From assembly GCA_047967505.1 (NCBI GenBank), contig CM106538.1: DNA of 64,000 nucleotides; one strand, 5' to 3'. Below, one piece after another: positions 1 to 13,680 of the stretch. A program made the position numbers and the translations under genes. Within the stretch, counting starts at the first letter, position 1; each line of letters starts with the position of its first letter. The stretch comes from Dipteris shenzhenensis. Its lineage: Eukaryota. The notes beneath the pieces were generated by a model. It did no database searches and was not told where the DNA came from. It saw only the letters and a program-made list of their open reading frames with translations.

Positions 1-1149
1 ACGTCTTCCTTGATATCCATATTCTCTGCATATTCTAGTGTCCTGTTCATAAGTGAAGTCCTCATACTCTCCAACTTGTGGCCTTTGACAACTTCATACT
101 TATGTTAGTGATAAAAAATAACTTATCTCCACTGTTTGCAAATATACTACAGTTGAAATTTTGTAGAAGATGATAAAACAATTATAGATTATGAAGAGAA
201 ACAAAATTTATACCTATTTCATGCTTTTGTCTTGTAGAATATCATCATTGTAGCTTGAACCTTACACACATCCAAAGGCAACACTATTAAACTCCATATA
301 GTCACACTACATGGGTCCCATTTCAATACTTTTTTCATGATATTGCACTTGGAATTTTTTGAGAAGAGGATATTTTTGTTGTTGGCATTCACATCTATAT
401 GATGTAATATTAATTAAGCATTAATATTAGCATCATGAAAGTTATTGGAACAATAATTGTTAATTCTGTAGTAAGGTTATTAATGCTTCTAACAATAATC
501 TAGTTTCCACGTAGACAAAACTTGTGCCTAAATTTGATATATTTAGATGATATTGTACAGTAAGTAGAGCATAATTGTAGTACAAAATATCCCCAAAAAA
601 TTGCATTGTGGACCGATCTCCCAAAAGTCCCAAAATATTGCATTCTACTAAGTACAAATCTGGATCAAAGTCTCTCAAAAATCCCAAAGATGATTACAAA
701 ACAAGACAAGCATGCATATCCCAAACATGCATCACCCAACTAATCCTCATCATAAATGTCATCCTGATCATCCCCTCTTGTCAATCTAGATCCTCTTCTT
801 TGTTCTTGTGATATTTCAAAGAGAACTCCAGCCTACTAGTCGTGTGAGTTAGGCACATCAATTTTGATGTTTCATGGCTCTTAGATTTCATTGTGTCAAG
901 GATGGAGACTTTCAAACTTTTTTTTCTTTGACCTCACCTTCACTCTAACCTCGCTCAGTCCCTATCAAGGGGCAGACTACCTTGGGGCAATGGGCATAGG
1001 GAGCCCTGGCTGGTGATCAAACACACACCGGCTTTAGTGGACCCCTTGCTGGATATGTGGCCTTAACTTTCAAACTACTTCTACAATGACTTTCAATGAT
1101 AATGGTGTGATGGAATGTAATGCACAATCCTTCTTCGATTCCCCAGAAT

Positions 1150-1720
1150 CATCATCTTGGTCACTTGCACAACCTATGCCACTCCAACCAAGGCAAACTT
1201 GGGAAGCAATCTAATGTTGGGACTTGGATTATATTGATGCCCCAAGAAATTGGCTCAATACATACAAAACAAATACATTGCTCTTGCCATAGATTATGCT
1301 ACTAAGTGGACATAAGCTAAGGCATTAAGAGTCTAAGAGTACGAGAAAGTTCATCTATGATCATATCACAGGATTCACTTCCTTGACAACCAAGTTGATG
1401 GTCATATGCACAGAGTGCCAACCACATATTGCCCTCACTGTAATAGCCAAGTCAAAGTCAAACAACAATGTATTCAAGTTGATTCTCAAAAAAATGGTTA
1501 GTAGACATCACCAATATTGGGATACCAAGTTGCATGCTGCATTATGGGCAGAGATAAAAGCCAAGTAGCTTGGTCACAAGAAGCCAAAGTATGTTGTTAG
1601 AAAGCTTGTAATGATAGGAACATTATTCCAAAGAATTTGAGAAGATGCTTGTTCTACTATAGAACACCAAGTTGTGTCCTCTCAAACTCAAATGGAAGGG
1701 ACCATACTAGCTCATTGAAG
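1150..1720 (+). mobile_element. Degenerate Ty3/Gypsy integrase fragment
   Basis: Broken frames give 'WDLDYI' and 'HHQYWDTKLHAALWA', which resemble the integrase core motifs WGLDFI and WD..L..ALWAY. Many stops and frameshifts. Confidence 0.45.
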
Positions 1721-2249
1721 TATTCAACAACAAGATGGTGCAACTGGCAACGTGCCTAGGAATTTGGTGGCTAAACCACTAGCAGCCTTTGAGGAGAAGC
1801 AAGCTATTGATTGGCTTGATATTTTTGTTAAGAACTTTGATTCGGCCTCCAAGTAGCAAGGTGATAAGGGGTGGCTCTCAGAACCAAGGTGATGAAGAGA
1901 AGAGCACCTATGAGTAGCAAGGTGATGGAGGACAAAATATCTGCGAGAAGAAAGGTGATGAAGAGATGAGGGCCTCGAGCAAGAGAACCCAAGAAAAAAC
2001 CAAGGCAAGAAGAGCCCTCCCATTTTGAAGGAAGCTAGTCATGGCCCTAGAGCCTCAACAACCCCTTACTAAGAAACCTACATAGCCCCCTCTACGCTAG
2101 ATGTTCCAATTTGTGAGTGAGAGGATGCATTATTATTTTTGATGAAATAGGGATGCCTCTCGACCAAATCCGTGTAATTTCTGTGATTGATGCATTATTC
2201 TTTTTTGATGAAGTAGGGTTGCCTCTGGACCAAATCCATGAAAATTAGA

Positions 2250-5200
2250 GAGTAGAAGTAAAGGACTTGCGAATGGACTCCTCTAGTGATGGCGGAGGAG
2301 ATGGGCTTCTTCTAGTTCAACCGCCAAAGGCAACAAAACTAGTCATGGGGATCTACACGAACAAGGACTGTTGAGCAATCATGCAGCTCTGACATTAACG
2401 GTGGTGAAGTTGATGTTGACAATGGGAACAAAGGGAGGAAGGACGGGTAGACCGAATCTTTCCCCTCCCCTTCTAGGATTCACCTTACATCTAGAGGAAA
2501 GGGACATGGGAGAAGTGCAAAAAAGTATGGTAGACACTGATGCACTCAGAAAGCTATTGCACCCTAGCGAATTTTTCCGGTTTTGTTCAAGGAGAGAGTA
2601 GCATACAAAGTTCATGCTAAGGGTAGGGGTGGAACAGCTTTAGAAGTGGTGGAGCATTTGAGCCAATGAATTGGCAGGGTTTTACCAATTTTTGATAGCA
2701 ATGGGATTTGGATTGAATTTAATCATGAAAAGGTTTCATGTCATATTTTCTCTCTTTACGCCCCAAATTCAACTAGAGATAGAACCTTATTGGGGGATAA
2801 GTGTTACAGGCAAACTCAATTTTCCTGTGGGATTTTAACATGGTGGAATCCAGAACATAAAAATGGCAAGGGCTTGGAAATTTTATAAGGGGAAGTGAGA
2901 TGGTCGCTTGGAATGTACTCAAAGAGTCTGCAGATTTAGTGGATATTTCAGGAGACGCATCTTTCACTTGGACCAATAACCAGATCGACCAAAATCATAG
3001 AAAAGCTAGAATTGATAGAGCAAATATATCAAGAGCAGTCCTAGATGAGGCTCTGTGCTCTAAAAGCAGTGCTCTGATGTCTCTTCCCATTTCAGACCAC
3101 AAACTGATTCTGTTAACTTTGGATAAAGGGGAAGGTAGAAGAGCTAGATCATGATTCAAAGCAAACCCTTTTTATTTCTAGCTTCCATATGTACATAGAA
3201 AAGTGATTAAAATTTGGCATAAGGCTTTTGGAGGAACTACTGGTATTTCAAACAAATGGATTAGAGCCACATAAGAACCAAGATTTTTCTTAGAGCTATT
3301 AATAAAAGAGCAGACAGCAGAGCAAGACTTAAGAGACCACAAGACTTAGAAGATCAAATCAGAACACTTGAGGAAGATCCATCCATACAAGGCCAGACAT
3401 ATCTAAAGGTATGCAAGGAAACACTCAGAGTGGAAGCATTGATAGAAGCATCTCATGCTAAGATATATACAAGGGAATGTTGGGCAGGGAAACGAGATCA
3501 GGAAAATGAAGACATGTTTAGAATTCTCAGAAAGAAACACACTCACGAGACTCTAGAGAGTGTGAAAAAGATAACCAGATAATTTCTAAACGAAAGAGAT
3601 ATATATATATATATATATAGAAACTACTCACTTTCAGAACTTATTAGGAGAACCAAAATTAATAACTACAGAAAAGTACGAGGCCCAAGACCAGTGTCAA
3701 AAAATTAGGAAGAAAACAGGGCCAGCTTTTATGCTCACTTTTTGGACAGGGACTTGTCATTAGAGAGAGTTGTTGACCAGATGGCAAAAGGCAAAACCCC
3801 TTGAGAAGATGGCTTACCAATGGAATTCTATGAAGTGTTCTAGGAGACGATGGGGCCTTACTTACTGATTCTATTAGGGCTTTCTAGACCCAAGAATAAA
3901 CACAGACATGATAAAGCTAACCCCAAAAGGAGGCCCAAAAGACAAGATCAAGAATTGGAGACCCCTAACAATGCTTAATACCGACTATAAGATCTTCGCT
4001 AAGTCTTTGGCCATGAGACTCATGCATAAGATGCAAGTTTGGATCTAGTAAGAAGAAAAGGGATTTATTAGGGGAAGACACAACTTGGAGACATACTTGA
4101 CCTCGTGGGAGGGCTTAGAATAAGCGAAGGAAACCCAACAGGCTAACTGCTTTTTAAAAGTTGATTTTGACAAGGCTGACGTTAGGATGAAATGGGGCTT
4201 TGCAGGACATGGGGGTAGGATCAAACTTTATATCTTTTGTGGATATCTTGCTTCAACTGGCCAGAGGTAAGGTTGAGATAAATGGTAGGGTATCTTCCCC
4301 TTTTTCCTTAAAGAGGTCTATTATGCAAGGTTGCCCACTTTCACCTTTGTTGTTTGCTATTGTGGCCAATGCTCTAGGGTGGCTAATCTAGGACGGCTAA
4401 ATAGAGGTGTCATCAATGGCATTCAAGTCAAGGGTGAAAACCAGATCATTTGTCAAAAATTTGCAAACGACACAATGTATCACCTTATAATGATGTCCAA
4501 TCAATAGAAAACGTGCTGGGATGTTTAGAGGTCTTTTGCCTTGCCTTCAGGTCCAAGATCAACCATGAGAAGATGGGCATATATGGCACTAGGAGCCTTC
4601 CTCATCAAGGATTAACTGAAAAGGGATGTAAGATGATAAAAGAAGGAAAGATTTTCAGACTACTTGGGATTCCTATGGGATTCAGATGCACCAACAAAGA
4701 TAGATAGGAGTGGGTTGTAGACAAGATCACGGCCAATATGAGTAGATGGGAAGCCCTACAATCATCTCTGTTGAGAAGGAAGTTCATGATCAATCACTAC
4801 ATTTAAACTACTTTATCTCCTGCTGGTACCCATCAAAAAATAGTTTTGATCAGATCAATGCTCTCTTCAGAAATTTCCTTTGGGGGGGGAAAAAAATGGC
4901 TAATGTCTGGTGGCAGGTGTGTAGACTTCCCAAAGCAGTGGGAGGTTTGTGCATTGTTAATGTAGAAAATTCTTCTTCCAGATTCATGGCCCAATGGACC
5001 TTAAAAGCTTATCAGGGACCAAACTCAACTTGGGCCTTCCTCATATGCAGGAATGTGTCTAGAGTAAATCTCCTTAGATGTAAACTTTAGAGACATACTC
5101 CGATAGAAACAACTATTTTTGGGAAGGAACCTTGTGTCGCTAAAGGCTCGGAGTTATGGAAGGGCATGTGGAAGGCCTTGGAATCTTTGAAGCCCTACCT

Positions 5201-5920
5201 TGTCTGGAAAGGTTTTTCTAGGAAAACTGGCACATTTTGTAGTTTGAATTCCATCTGGTTTCCAATTATTTGTGCAATGACAGATAGCTAAGGGATGCCT
5301 CTCTCAAAGGAGCTATTAGACTTCATAAAAAATGCATCAAAGTATGGGGGGACCTGTGGAATAGAGAGTTGGCTAGGTGGACAGAAGATGAGACCCTGCG
5401 AGTAAGGTACAAGTTAGACAAATTTGACCTAATGTTAATATCGGAAAGAAGGAAGAGACACTCTTCTCTGGATGGGTGGCCATCTATAACCCTCCCTCAA
5501 AGAGTTTAGGTGGACAGGTAGGAGTTAAAATCTTCCCTATACCCACATGGGCTGATGGGCAAGAAGATTTATTGGGGCAACTCAATGAGAAGTGGCATAG
5601 GAGAGATTTTGAGAAGATGTGGGCTAGGAGATTTAAAAGAATTTGGGACAGAGAGATACCAAAAAAACAGCCTTGTCTACTTTGGCTAATTTTACATAAG
5701 GCAGTGTGGAGTGTGAGCGGAGAGCTGGCATCGAAGGAGGAGGAAGAGTAATCTGGTTTTTTTCATAAGAGGTTCTGTAGCAAGGGAGATGATCTTGTTG
5801 TTGTTACCTACTATTGATCATTGTTTCGTGGAATTTTTCTTGTTTTGGATTTTTGCGGGACATATATTGTGTAACTCTATATATTTTGATATAATATAAA
5901 CCCTCATTTTTGAAAACAAA
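2250..5920 (+). mobile_element. Degenerate L1-clade LINE ORF2 (AP endonuclease, RT, zf-RVT)
   Basis: Endonuclease motifs FTWTN, ARIDR and ISDHK (2900-3154). RT motifs WRPLTMLNTDYKIFAK (~3955), QGCPLSP (4325) and FANDT (~4460). LPKAVGGL at ~4925. zf-RVT-like 'IWDREIPKKQPCLLWLILHKAVW' (5640-5710). Many stops; boundaries approximate. Confidence 0.8.
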
Positions 5921-7199
5921 TCCATGAAAATTGGCAGGTACTTAGGGATTAAGGTGGCACGGCCCTCCACACACTTCATCATATTGTTCCTAACTACACA
6001 GACCAAGAGACGTCCAACCAATCATAGATCAAAAAATTACACATAGAGCTTGATGCACTCAAGGTGTCCTTCACACCCTTGGCCGAGTGCTCCAAGAAGC
6101 TGCAGCCTAAACATGCAACCCTCACCCTATAGCTCCAAGAGAGCCAAACTGCATTGTAGACTATAGAGGCAAAGCTCATAGAGACACCATAGTGCATCAA
6201 GTCACAACAAAAGGTGATTCGTGACTTCAGCTCAACACAAGCCATATCTACCAAACCCTCAACTAATGAGCTCACTAGGTTGTTGGTAAAAAATGCTTCC
6301 CTCTAGGAAAAGGTCAACACCCTGGCTCAAATTCAATCCTTGATGCAAGCATTGTTGGTGTCAGGCGAGCACCCAACCAAGCTCCCACACTGACATGGCC
6401 CAAACAATTAAGATGATCGAGCTAGCCAAGGTATATGATGGGTCTATAGGTGGAGCACTTTTACTATCGGATTTTGAGCCTCGCCAAACTCTGCAATTTT
6501 TTCATCCTTTTTTTCCCCTTAGGCACTTCCTCTCTAGGTGTGTGGGTTGCCACAGCCATGCAAGCTTCTCCCCAACCTCATGTTCTTATAGCCAAGCCAC
6601 TACCTCTTACCATAGACATCTTGCCTTCAGCTCTCCACGTACCAATGGATATTTTGCCTTTAGCTTCCCATGTACTACTGGATATTTTGGAACCTATTCT
6701 CGGTAAGGAGGATTTATGAGTCAGGCATCGTACCATGGATTTGCGTCTTACATAGCAGCACGTGGAGAAGCTTCAACTCCATGTACCAGCCCATGGCCCA
6801 AGTCATTCCTCTGGAGTACCTCTTGGCAAAAGCATCCCTTTACAACCGTGCCAATCATTCTCCATGGCTCCTCTGCCTCAACCACCACCCATTTCCATTC
6901 GTCGCTAGTGGCTAGCCCCCAAGCGCAAGAGGTCCCCGCCTATGGCACCATCACCCACCCAGCTTTAAAGATTGGGTTGTTCGCACCAATCCTTGACTTT
7001 GTTCCACATCCATTTGTTGCTAGCGGCCAGCCCTTAAGCGCAAGAGGTCCCCATCACCAGCATCAGCGCTCCTATCTAATATGGCCACCCAATTTTGAAC
7101 ACCAGCTCATTCGCGCCAGTCCTTGACTTTGTTCCACATCCATGAGGACATGGCCCACTTTGATCCGGAGGCAAAATGTTAACCTTTAGTCAGTTTGAC

Positions 7200-10100
7200 T
7201 ACCCACACTAAGTAGCCAAGTAACCAGGCACCAAGGCATCACCAACCAGGAGTCCAATAGGCAAGTCTCCAAGATCCACGAATAAGCAAGAGGCAACTAC
7301 GCAAGTGGGCCAATTAGTGAAGATGGTTCACAAATATTCCCAGGCAGATTTTGGAAGGTAGTTAATAGGAGCATTGAGTCTAGATGGTACTTCGTTTCAT
7401 TTAAGTGTAAAACCCAATATAGAATGGGTTTTGAATAGTGGCATCTGAGTAGGGTCCTAGACATACTATGGAGCCAATATTGCTCAAGGTAGAGATAGAC
7501 TTGTACCTTTAGTCGAGGCGAGTGTGTGACAATTTTATGTACCAACACCTTTCTCCACAAGCACTTCCTTTGTAGCTACTAAGGCTATTTGTAATATGTG
7601 TCAAGCCCCTTTCCTTCATATGAATACACCCTTCTCCATACGATTCTCTCCACGTTTGTGCAACCTTGTTTAGTCTAATGATCGTTTCTCAACTGCCAAG
7701 CATCGATAGGTCATTGTGTGCTAAGCTACCACATGGAGTGCAAGAGCAAGCTTCTTTCAAACCAAGCACCTTGGGCAGGTACCAAGCACTAGGACAACTG
7801 AGGGGTGAGAGAAAAAGACTATCAACAATGACTACTCATTCTTGTAGCAAGACCCATCTTTGTAGGACCTGTCTGCTCCTTGGTAGTAGAGTTTTCCTCC
7901 TATCAAACTGTGCTTTCAAGCCCTCAATGTCAGTTTTCGATTCTTATCGTAGGGCATGTTCTTTGGGAAGACTACCTTAACAAGGTACTGAAGCTCGTAC
8001 TCGATCTTGGGCATGTCAATTGAAAACAAGTGAGCATCGAGGAGCTCAATGTTGACTCCCTTCTGCTTTTTCTAATGTGGGTAGTCTTGAGAGGCAGTCC
8101 TCTCTAACATGTGATGTTCCAAGGCTTGAAATCTTGGAATAGTAGCATCCAATGTACCAGTCTCCCTTGGATAACTATCTTGTTAATTAAATGAAGCAAT
8201 GCTTAGTGATCTGTGGAAAACAAACAAGCTGCCAAGCAAATAATGCCTAAATTTCTAAACACTATAGAGCATGCCAAGGGCCTCTCACTCGATGGTAATA
8301 TAATTGCACTCAGGGAGGGTCATAAGGTGACTGGCATAATAGATTGGGTTGTCCAGCCTACCATTTGACTATGCGCAAATAATACCAATTGCACATCCTG
8401 ATGCATGAACATGCATGTCGAAAATTCCATCCCACCTTGGTTGGTATAGAATCTTGTAGTTGCTCATTGCTTCAATGCATAGAAGGTTGCTATTTCCAAT
8501 GAAATTTGACATCCTTCTTGGTGAGCACATAAAGTGCCACAACAATTTTGGCAATAATCTTTGACGAACCTTCTATCGAATCTGATGAAGCTAATGAACG
8601 AGGATAACTATGTCAAGTTCTTGATTCTACTATGTGCTCTATGGCCTCGATCTTGGATGACTTGGTTCTTATCCCTTCTTTGGAGATGGCATTTAGCAGG
8701 TTGCCAACTCTCACGTTGAGGACATATTGGCCAAATTTAAGGAGATCCCTATCTCCTTGCAGGCGAGGTGGTCTAGTGGACTCCCCCAATTGTAATGACC
8801 ACATTGGAGAGCATGCCCTGAGGATCCATGGGCCTCTGATCTGTCATTTTCTTCCAAAAAGGAGATAGCTTCATGTTCTTGAGTTTCAACCACTACACAA
8901 AAGTCTCGGAGATGATGTTGACTCCTAACACGCAATCCTCTATGACTCTCAGGATGTTATGATTCTTTAGTTTGACTGTGATGATACGCACCATCTCGTC
9001 AACAACAAGAGTATCTACTACAGGGACGGTGACCAATGAGCCAATTATCGATGTGCTTTTGTTTGAATCTGTGGTGGTGAACTATTTTACAAAAAATTCT
9101 TGACAATACATGGCTAGCTGCAAGAGCTCGACCATGGTCAGGCTTACCTTCATGTTGTAGACTTAACTCCCAATCTTTTGTTGCTTTAGAGCTTGGATCT
9201 CCCTCTCAACTTGGCTCAAGATGAGTTATCTTACCTCCCGTTCTATGGAACCATAGTTTGCTTGATCTTTTGTTAGAATTCTAATGCAGGGGCTTTGCCT
9301 TTTAACTCCTTTTTCTATGTGGATGCAACATCAACTTTCTCCCTCCAGTTGATATCACGGCCAATTTAGCGATGCCTGCTTTGAACTAGCCAGTGTTCCC
9401 TTTTATCTGATCATCATTGCATTAGCATTGCCCATTTTAGTGACCTTCCTAAGGATTGCTCGACATTTGGGATCTATCTCCTTTCTGCATAGGAGCTTGA
9501 TGTGTTCCTGCCATAACTTGCACTTTGTTTTCACACGGCCATATTCTTCACAAAAGTAACACCTTACCTTGTCTTGGTCTTTGTGTTGATCTTGATGCAC
9601 ACCTCGGTCTCCTTAGCCTCTGCTCCACAGCCTCTTCTCCTACCCTACTCTAGCCATGTCAAACTCTCATGTTTTGGATTTTCTTCCTAATTGACTTATT
9701 TTCATCATCTATTTATTTGTTGGTTACCATTATTCTGAGCAGTCAATGCTCATACTTAGCATATCATCATAATACTTAGTGGGTCATTCTTCTTTGGTGT
9801 GCCCATGGTGCAAGCATTTGTCACACCATTTTTCAACGGCTCCATGCCTACACTAGATTCCCATTTCTTGAAGTGCCTTCTTGAGCTACGTTGTAAGTGT
9901 TTCCTTTCTTCGAGTCGAGTTCTCCTCTTCCTTGCTCTCCTTGGGCTTCTTTTCCTTGCTTGTTCTTGATTGTCCTTCTCTTCGCAAGAGCAATAGCTCT
10001 GTTGAAGAGTTCTCCGTAAGTCTTGGTGGGGTTTGTTGTCTCCATTGAATTGAGATTCTATTCACAACACTGAATAGCCAAGTGCACGTCATCTTATTGA

Positions 10101-11275
10101 CCAACAAATTGATCAATTGGTTGATGAGGTCTCTCATACAAAGCACAAAGTCCTATATTGCCTTGTCCTACCCTTATTTCAAGTCCTTGAGTTTGATGCA
10201 GACATCCTCATTGATATCTTGTCGGAATAGCTGTAGAAAAGCTTTTAAAATATGTTGCCAATTCGAGAAGTACCCAATCAAGAATTGATTGAACCACCTC
10301 TGTGCCGAGTACATGGAAAGTAGTTCATAAGTTTTTCTTTTGTTGTAGCCTATTGATGACATGCATCCAGATGATGCTTTGCAAGTGCCTATAGGGGTCC
10401 TCATCCTCCATCCCTTTGAAGCCTTGAAACTTCATCTTGATGAGTTGGGTAGCTTTTGACTGCGGTTTGATCACCTTGGAGCTTCTTGGGTGCAATCTTT
10501 CTAGCTCCTCATGTCCTGTCTCTTGGGCATTTCCCTCCGGTCATCGGGTAAATTCTTGGATCAAGGGTTTTCTTGGCCCTGAACTTCTTGAATTTCTTGG
10601 TTCTTGATTGGTCACTTGCCTCTGCTCTGGGCTCCACCTTGTTGACATGTTAACCATGTGGCATTTCATTGTGGAGTCGTGTACTGAGGATGCTCCAGCC
10701 CTCAGCCACCTAGCCACTCCAAGAGTCCTCATTCCCTTAAAAGAATCCATGGTGATGATGTCTCTGAGGCATTATATGCCTTCCACATAAGGCCAAGCCT
10801 ATTGTACAATTTGCCACTTGTCATTGAGGGGTGAGGCTCCATCTAGCCCTTCCCTACTCTTAACACTTATACCACCATGCACTCATGATTGGGCACATTC
10901 TAATAGCCCCCCTCAAGTATGAGTGGAGCTCTAATTTTATCATCGGCTTCATGTTGCACGGCTCTTGCCTTGCACATGGTCTGTTCTCCAAGATGTGCAG
11001 CTTCCTAGCCCATTCACACCTTTTTTCACTTTGTGTGAATCTTCTCCGTTGCATGCTCGTATTAATGTGGCGTTGTTGCGTTTGTGGCATCTTTCTAGGA
11101 GGATTTGGAATGGTATTTCACATTTCAATTGATGTCTTAGGAAGAGTCTAATTTCCTATGTCCTTCCACGAGTTCTTTGAGTTGTTGTTTGCTTGCCACG
11201 TGTGAGTCCTAGTGCTCCTGTCAACTTATCCATGTGTCACGTGCTCACAGCTGTCTTAAGAAGATGCACTAAATA
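7200..11275 (-). mobile_element. Degenerate Ty3/Gypsy internal region (gag-CCHC, RT/RNase H, integrase remnants)
   Basis: Zinc knuckle 'CYFCEEYGRVKTKC' (~9520-9565). RNase H 'FDMHVHASGCAIG' and 'LGMLYSV*KFRHYLLG...TDH*AL' (8200-8430). Gag-like frames at 9850-10400. A possible decayed PBS near 11263-11275. Confidence 0.6.
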
Positions 11276-12799
11276 TGCAAGAGTAGTAAGGTTGATCCAA
11301 AAATAAAAATCACTTGCACTAGCAAGCGACCAGTGCTATAAAAAAAGTTTTTTCCCAGCCAGACAATTTAAGGGCAATCTCCAAGTCACCGGTTTTTAAG
11401 TCTCAAAACATACACATTTGCCGAGTTTTACACTAAAATATTCAAAATCTCAACGGGTATTCTAAAGGCACATCAAAAGAAATTCAAATTTAGCGAAGTG
11501 CAAAATAACACTAAAGGTATAACTGTTCAAATGGCGTGGTGCAAACAGTTGCCTGAGAAACAAGCATGCGTGCAGTATTCGAAAGCTGCTGAAAAAGACG
11601 ATCATGTTCTGGGGTTTTGTGGCGTCTTACATTCTTATTGTCACGAAATAGTATATCTCCCACGAGACGCACAACGAAATAGATAAGCGACAGCACCGGC
11701 TCTGAGCTCTTTCTGTGCATCGTACCTCACTCAAGGGTGCATCGCCGGCTACAGGATTTTCCGTATGGTTGAGAGAATACCTTGCACCATCATAGATGTT
11801 ATACAGCTCAATAATATCCACTTTTAGTATCCCAACAAGCACAACTTTGAGCGATTTCGGATGACGATAGCACCAGTGGGGCCAACCGATCCATTGTTTT
11901 CTCATTGATTGAAAGGTTCTACGATCCGGGTAGGGTTAAGATATCACGCTTTTAATCATATGCGAATCCTTAAAGGCAGCGAAACGACAAGCCCAGAACT
12001 TGAATGTGCTAAGGCCCATTGGCAAGACACGTTGATGCACGAGGAGAAACCACTCACCTTCCCAACGAGACACTCTTGACATGGTGTAAGTATGCTTCTT
12101 GCCAATGATTAGTGCAAGGTTCCCTTAAGCATGACGTCTCGTCAACCACACCCACTCACCGAGCGGGTTCCATGATCCAAAAGCATATGTTTGGATGAGA
12201 GGAAGTCTTAGATTTAGGTAACCAACTCAATGCATGAAATTGAGTTGGAGCAAATTCCCTTAAACAGATGATGCCCAAGAATGTTGTAAACAATGGCAAT
12301 GCCAAAATTAATGCCTACTTGAAAAACAAGGTGAATGCTCATAAATCATTCATAAGGCCTGCCTGAGATGTGCAGCGTGGAAAAGAGGATGGAAAGCTGG
12401 CGGAATCTGTGAGAGAGGTTCCAGATCCAGGGGTTCTAGCTCCGGGGCTCCAGATCAAGGTTCTAGCTCTGAGGGATCCATATGGGAGATCCCTCAGATT
12501 TGGAACTAGTACTGGATCCAGGACCTGCCTCCAGATCCGGAACTGCATCCTCTTCTCATGAATGAAGCCTACCTAACTGAGTGCTAGGTCTGCATAAGCT
12601 GTCTCCTAACCATCTAGCCATTCATGACCACCATACAGCATTTAATTGGGAACTACTAAGTGCCGGGGTGCTCACCACAACAGCTATTCCTCGTAATGGG
12701 AGCCTCACTACATGAGGGGGATGCATATACAACCTCTACCTAAGACATGGAGGCGTTTGCTGACAATAGTTCGCTGTACAAGGAAACACTCATCTCTAG

Positions 12800-13680
12800 A
12801 ATCTCCTAGGGGTTTGGCCTTAGCATGAGTAGGAGGAGGTGAAAGAGGAATTAGCAGCAACAGGGGGAAGCAGGAGGACGAGATGAGGGATGAGGAAGCA
12901 GCAACAGTAGAAAGGAAGCAAGAGAAGGTGAAGGAGAAGGTAGGGGAGGAAGCAGCAGTAGCAGTGAGGGAAGGACAACGAGGTTGGGGGAGGAGAGGGA
13001 GAAGGAAGTGAGGGAGGAAGCAACAGCAATAAAGGGAGGATGTGAGGGAGGAAGCAGCAGGAGCAAGGGAAGCAGGAGGGGATGGGGGAGGAGGAGGTGA
13101 GGCAGGAAGTAGAAGCGGTGGACGGAGCACTAGGGAGGAGTGAGGGAGGAAGCGCCAGCAGAAGGGGGTGTGGGAGGAAGCAGCAACAAGGAGATAGGAT
13201 GAGGATGGACGAGGAGGAGAAGGTGACAGAGGAAGCAGCAGCAGCAGAGGGAAGCAGGAGTAGTTGTTAGGGGTAAAGGAAGCAGCAACAGCAGCAAGGG
13301 AAGCAGGATGAGGTGGGGAAGGAAGCAGCAACAGCAGCAAGAGAGGCAAGAGGAGGAGGTGAGGGAGCAAGCAGTAGTAGAGGTAGGAGGAGGTTGAGGG
13401 AGGAAGAAACAGTAGCAAGGGAAGCTGGAGGAGGTGGGGGAGGAAGTGAGGGAGGAAGCAGAGGGAGGGCAGCAGCAGCAAGGGAAGCAAAAGGAGGAGG
13501 TGAGGAAGTAGGAGGAGGAGATGAAGGAGGAAGCAGCACCAGCAAGGGAAACAGGACGTTGGAGGAGGAGGTGAGGGAGGAAGCAGCAGCAAGGGAAGAA
13601 GCAGGAGGTGAGGAGGGAGGAGGGATGAGTAGCAGTAGTAGTAGGAGGGGAAATAGGAAGAGAGGAGCAGCAAGGAATCT
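12800..13680. repeat. Purine-rich (GA/GCA/GAG) low-complexity tract
   Basis: About 880 bp dominated by gga/gag/gca units with very few pyrimidines on the + strand. The overlapping L/P/S-rich ORFs are compositional artefacts. Confidence 0.85.

Noticed and set aside
100-420. Possible hAT transposase remnant
   Set aside because: Only a vague resemblance in broken frames, with no TIR or TSD identified.
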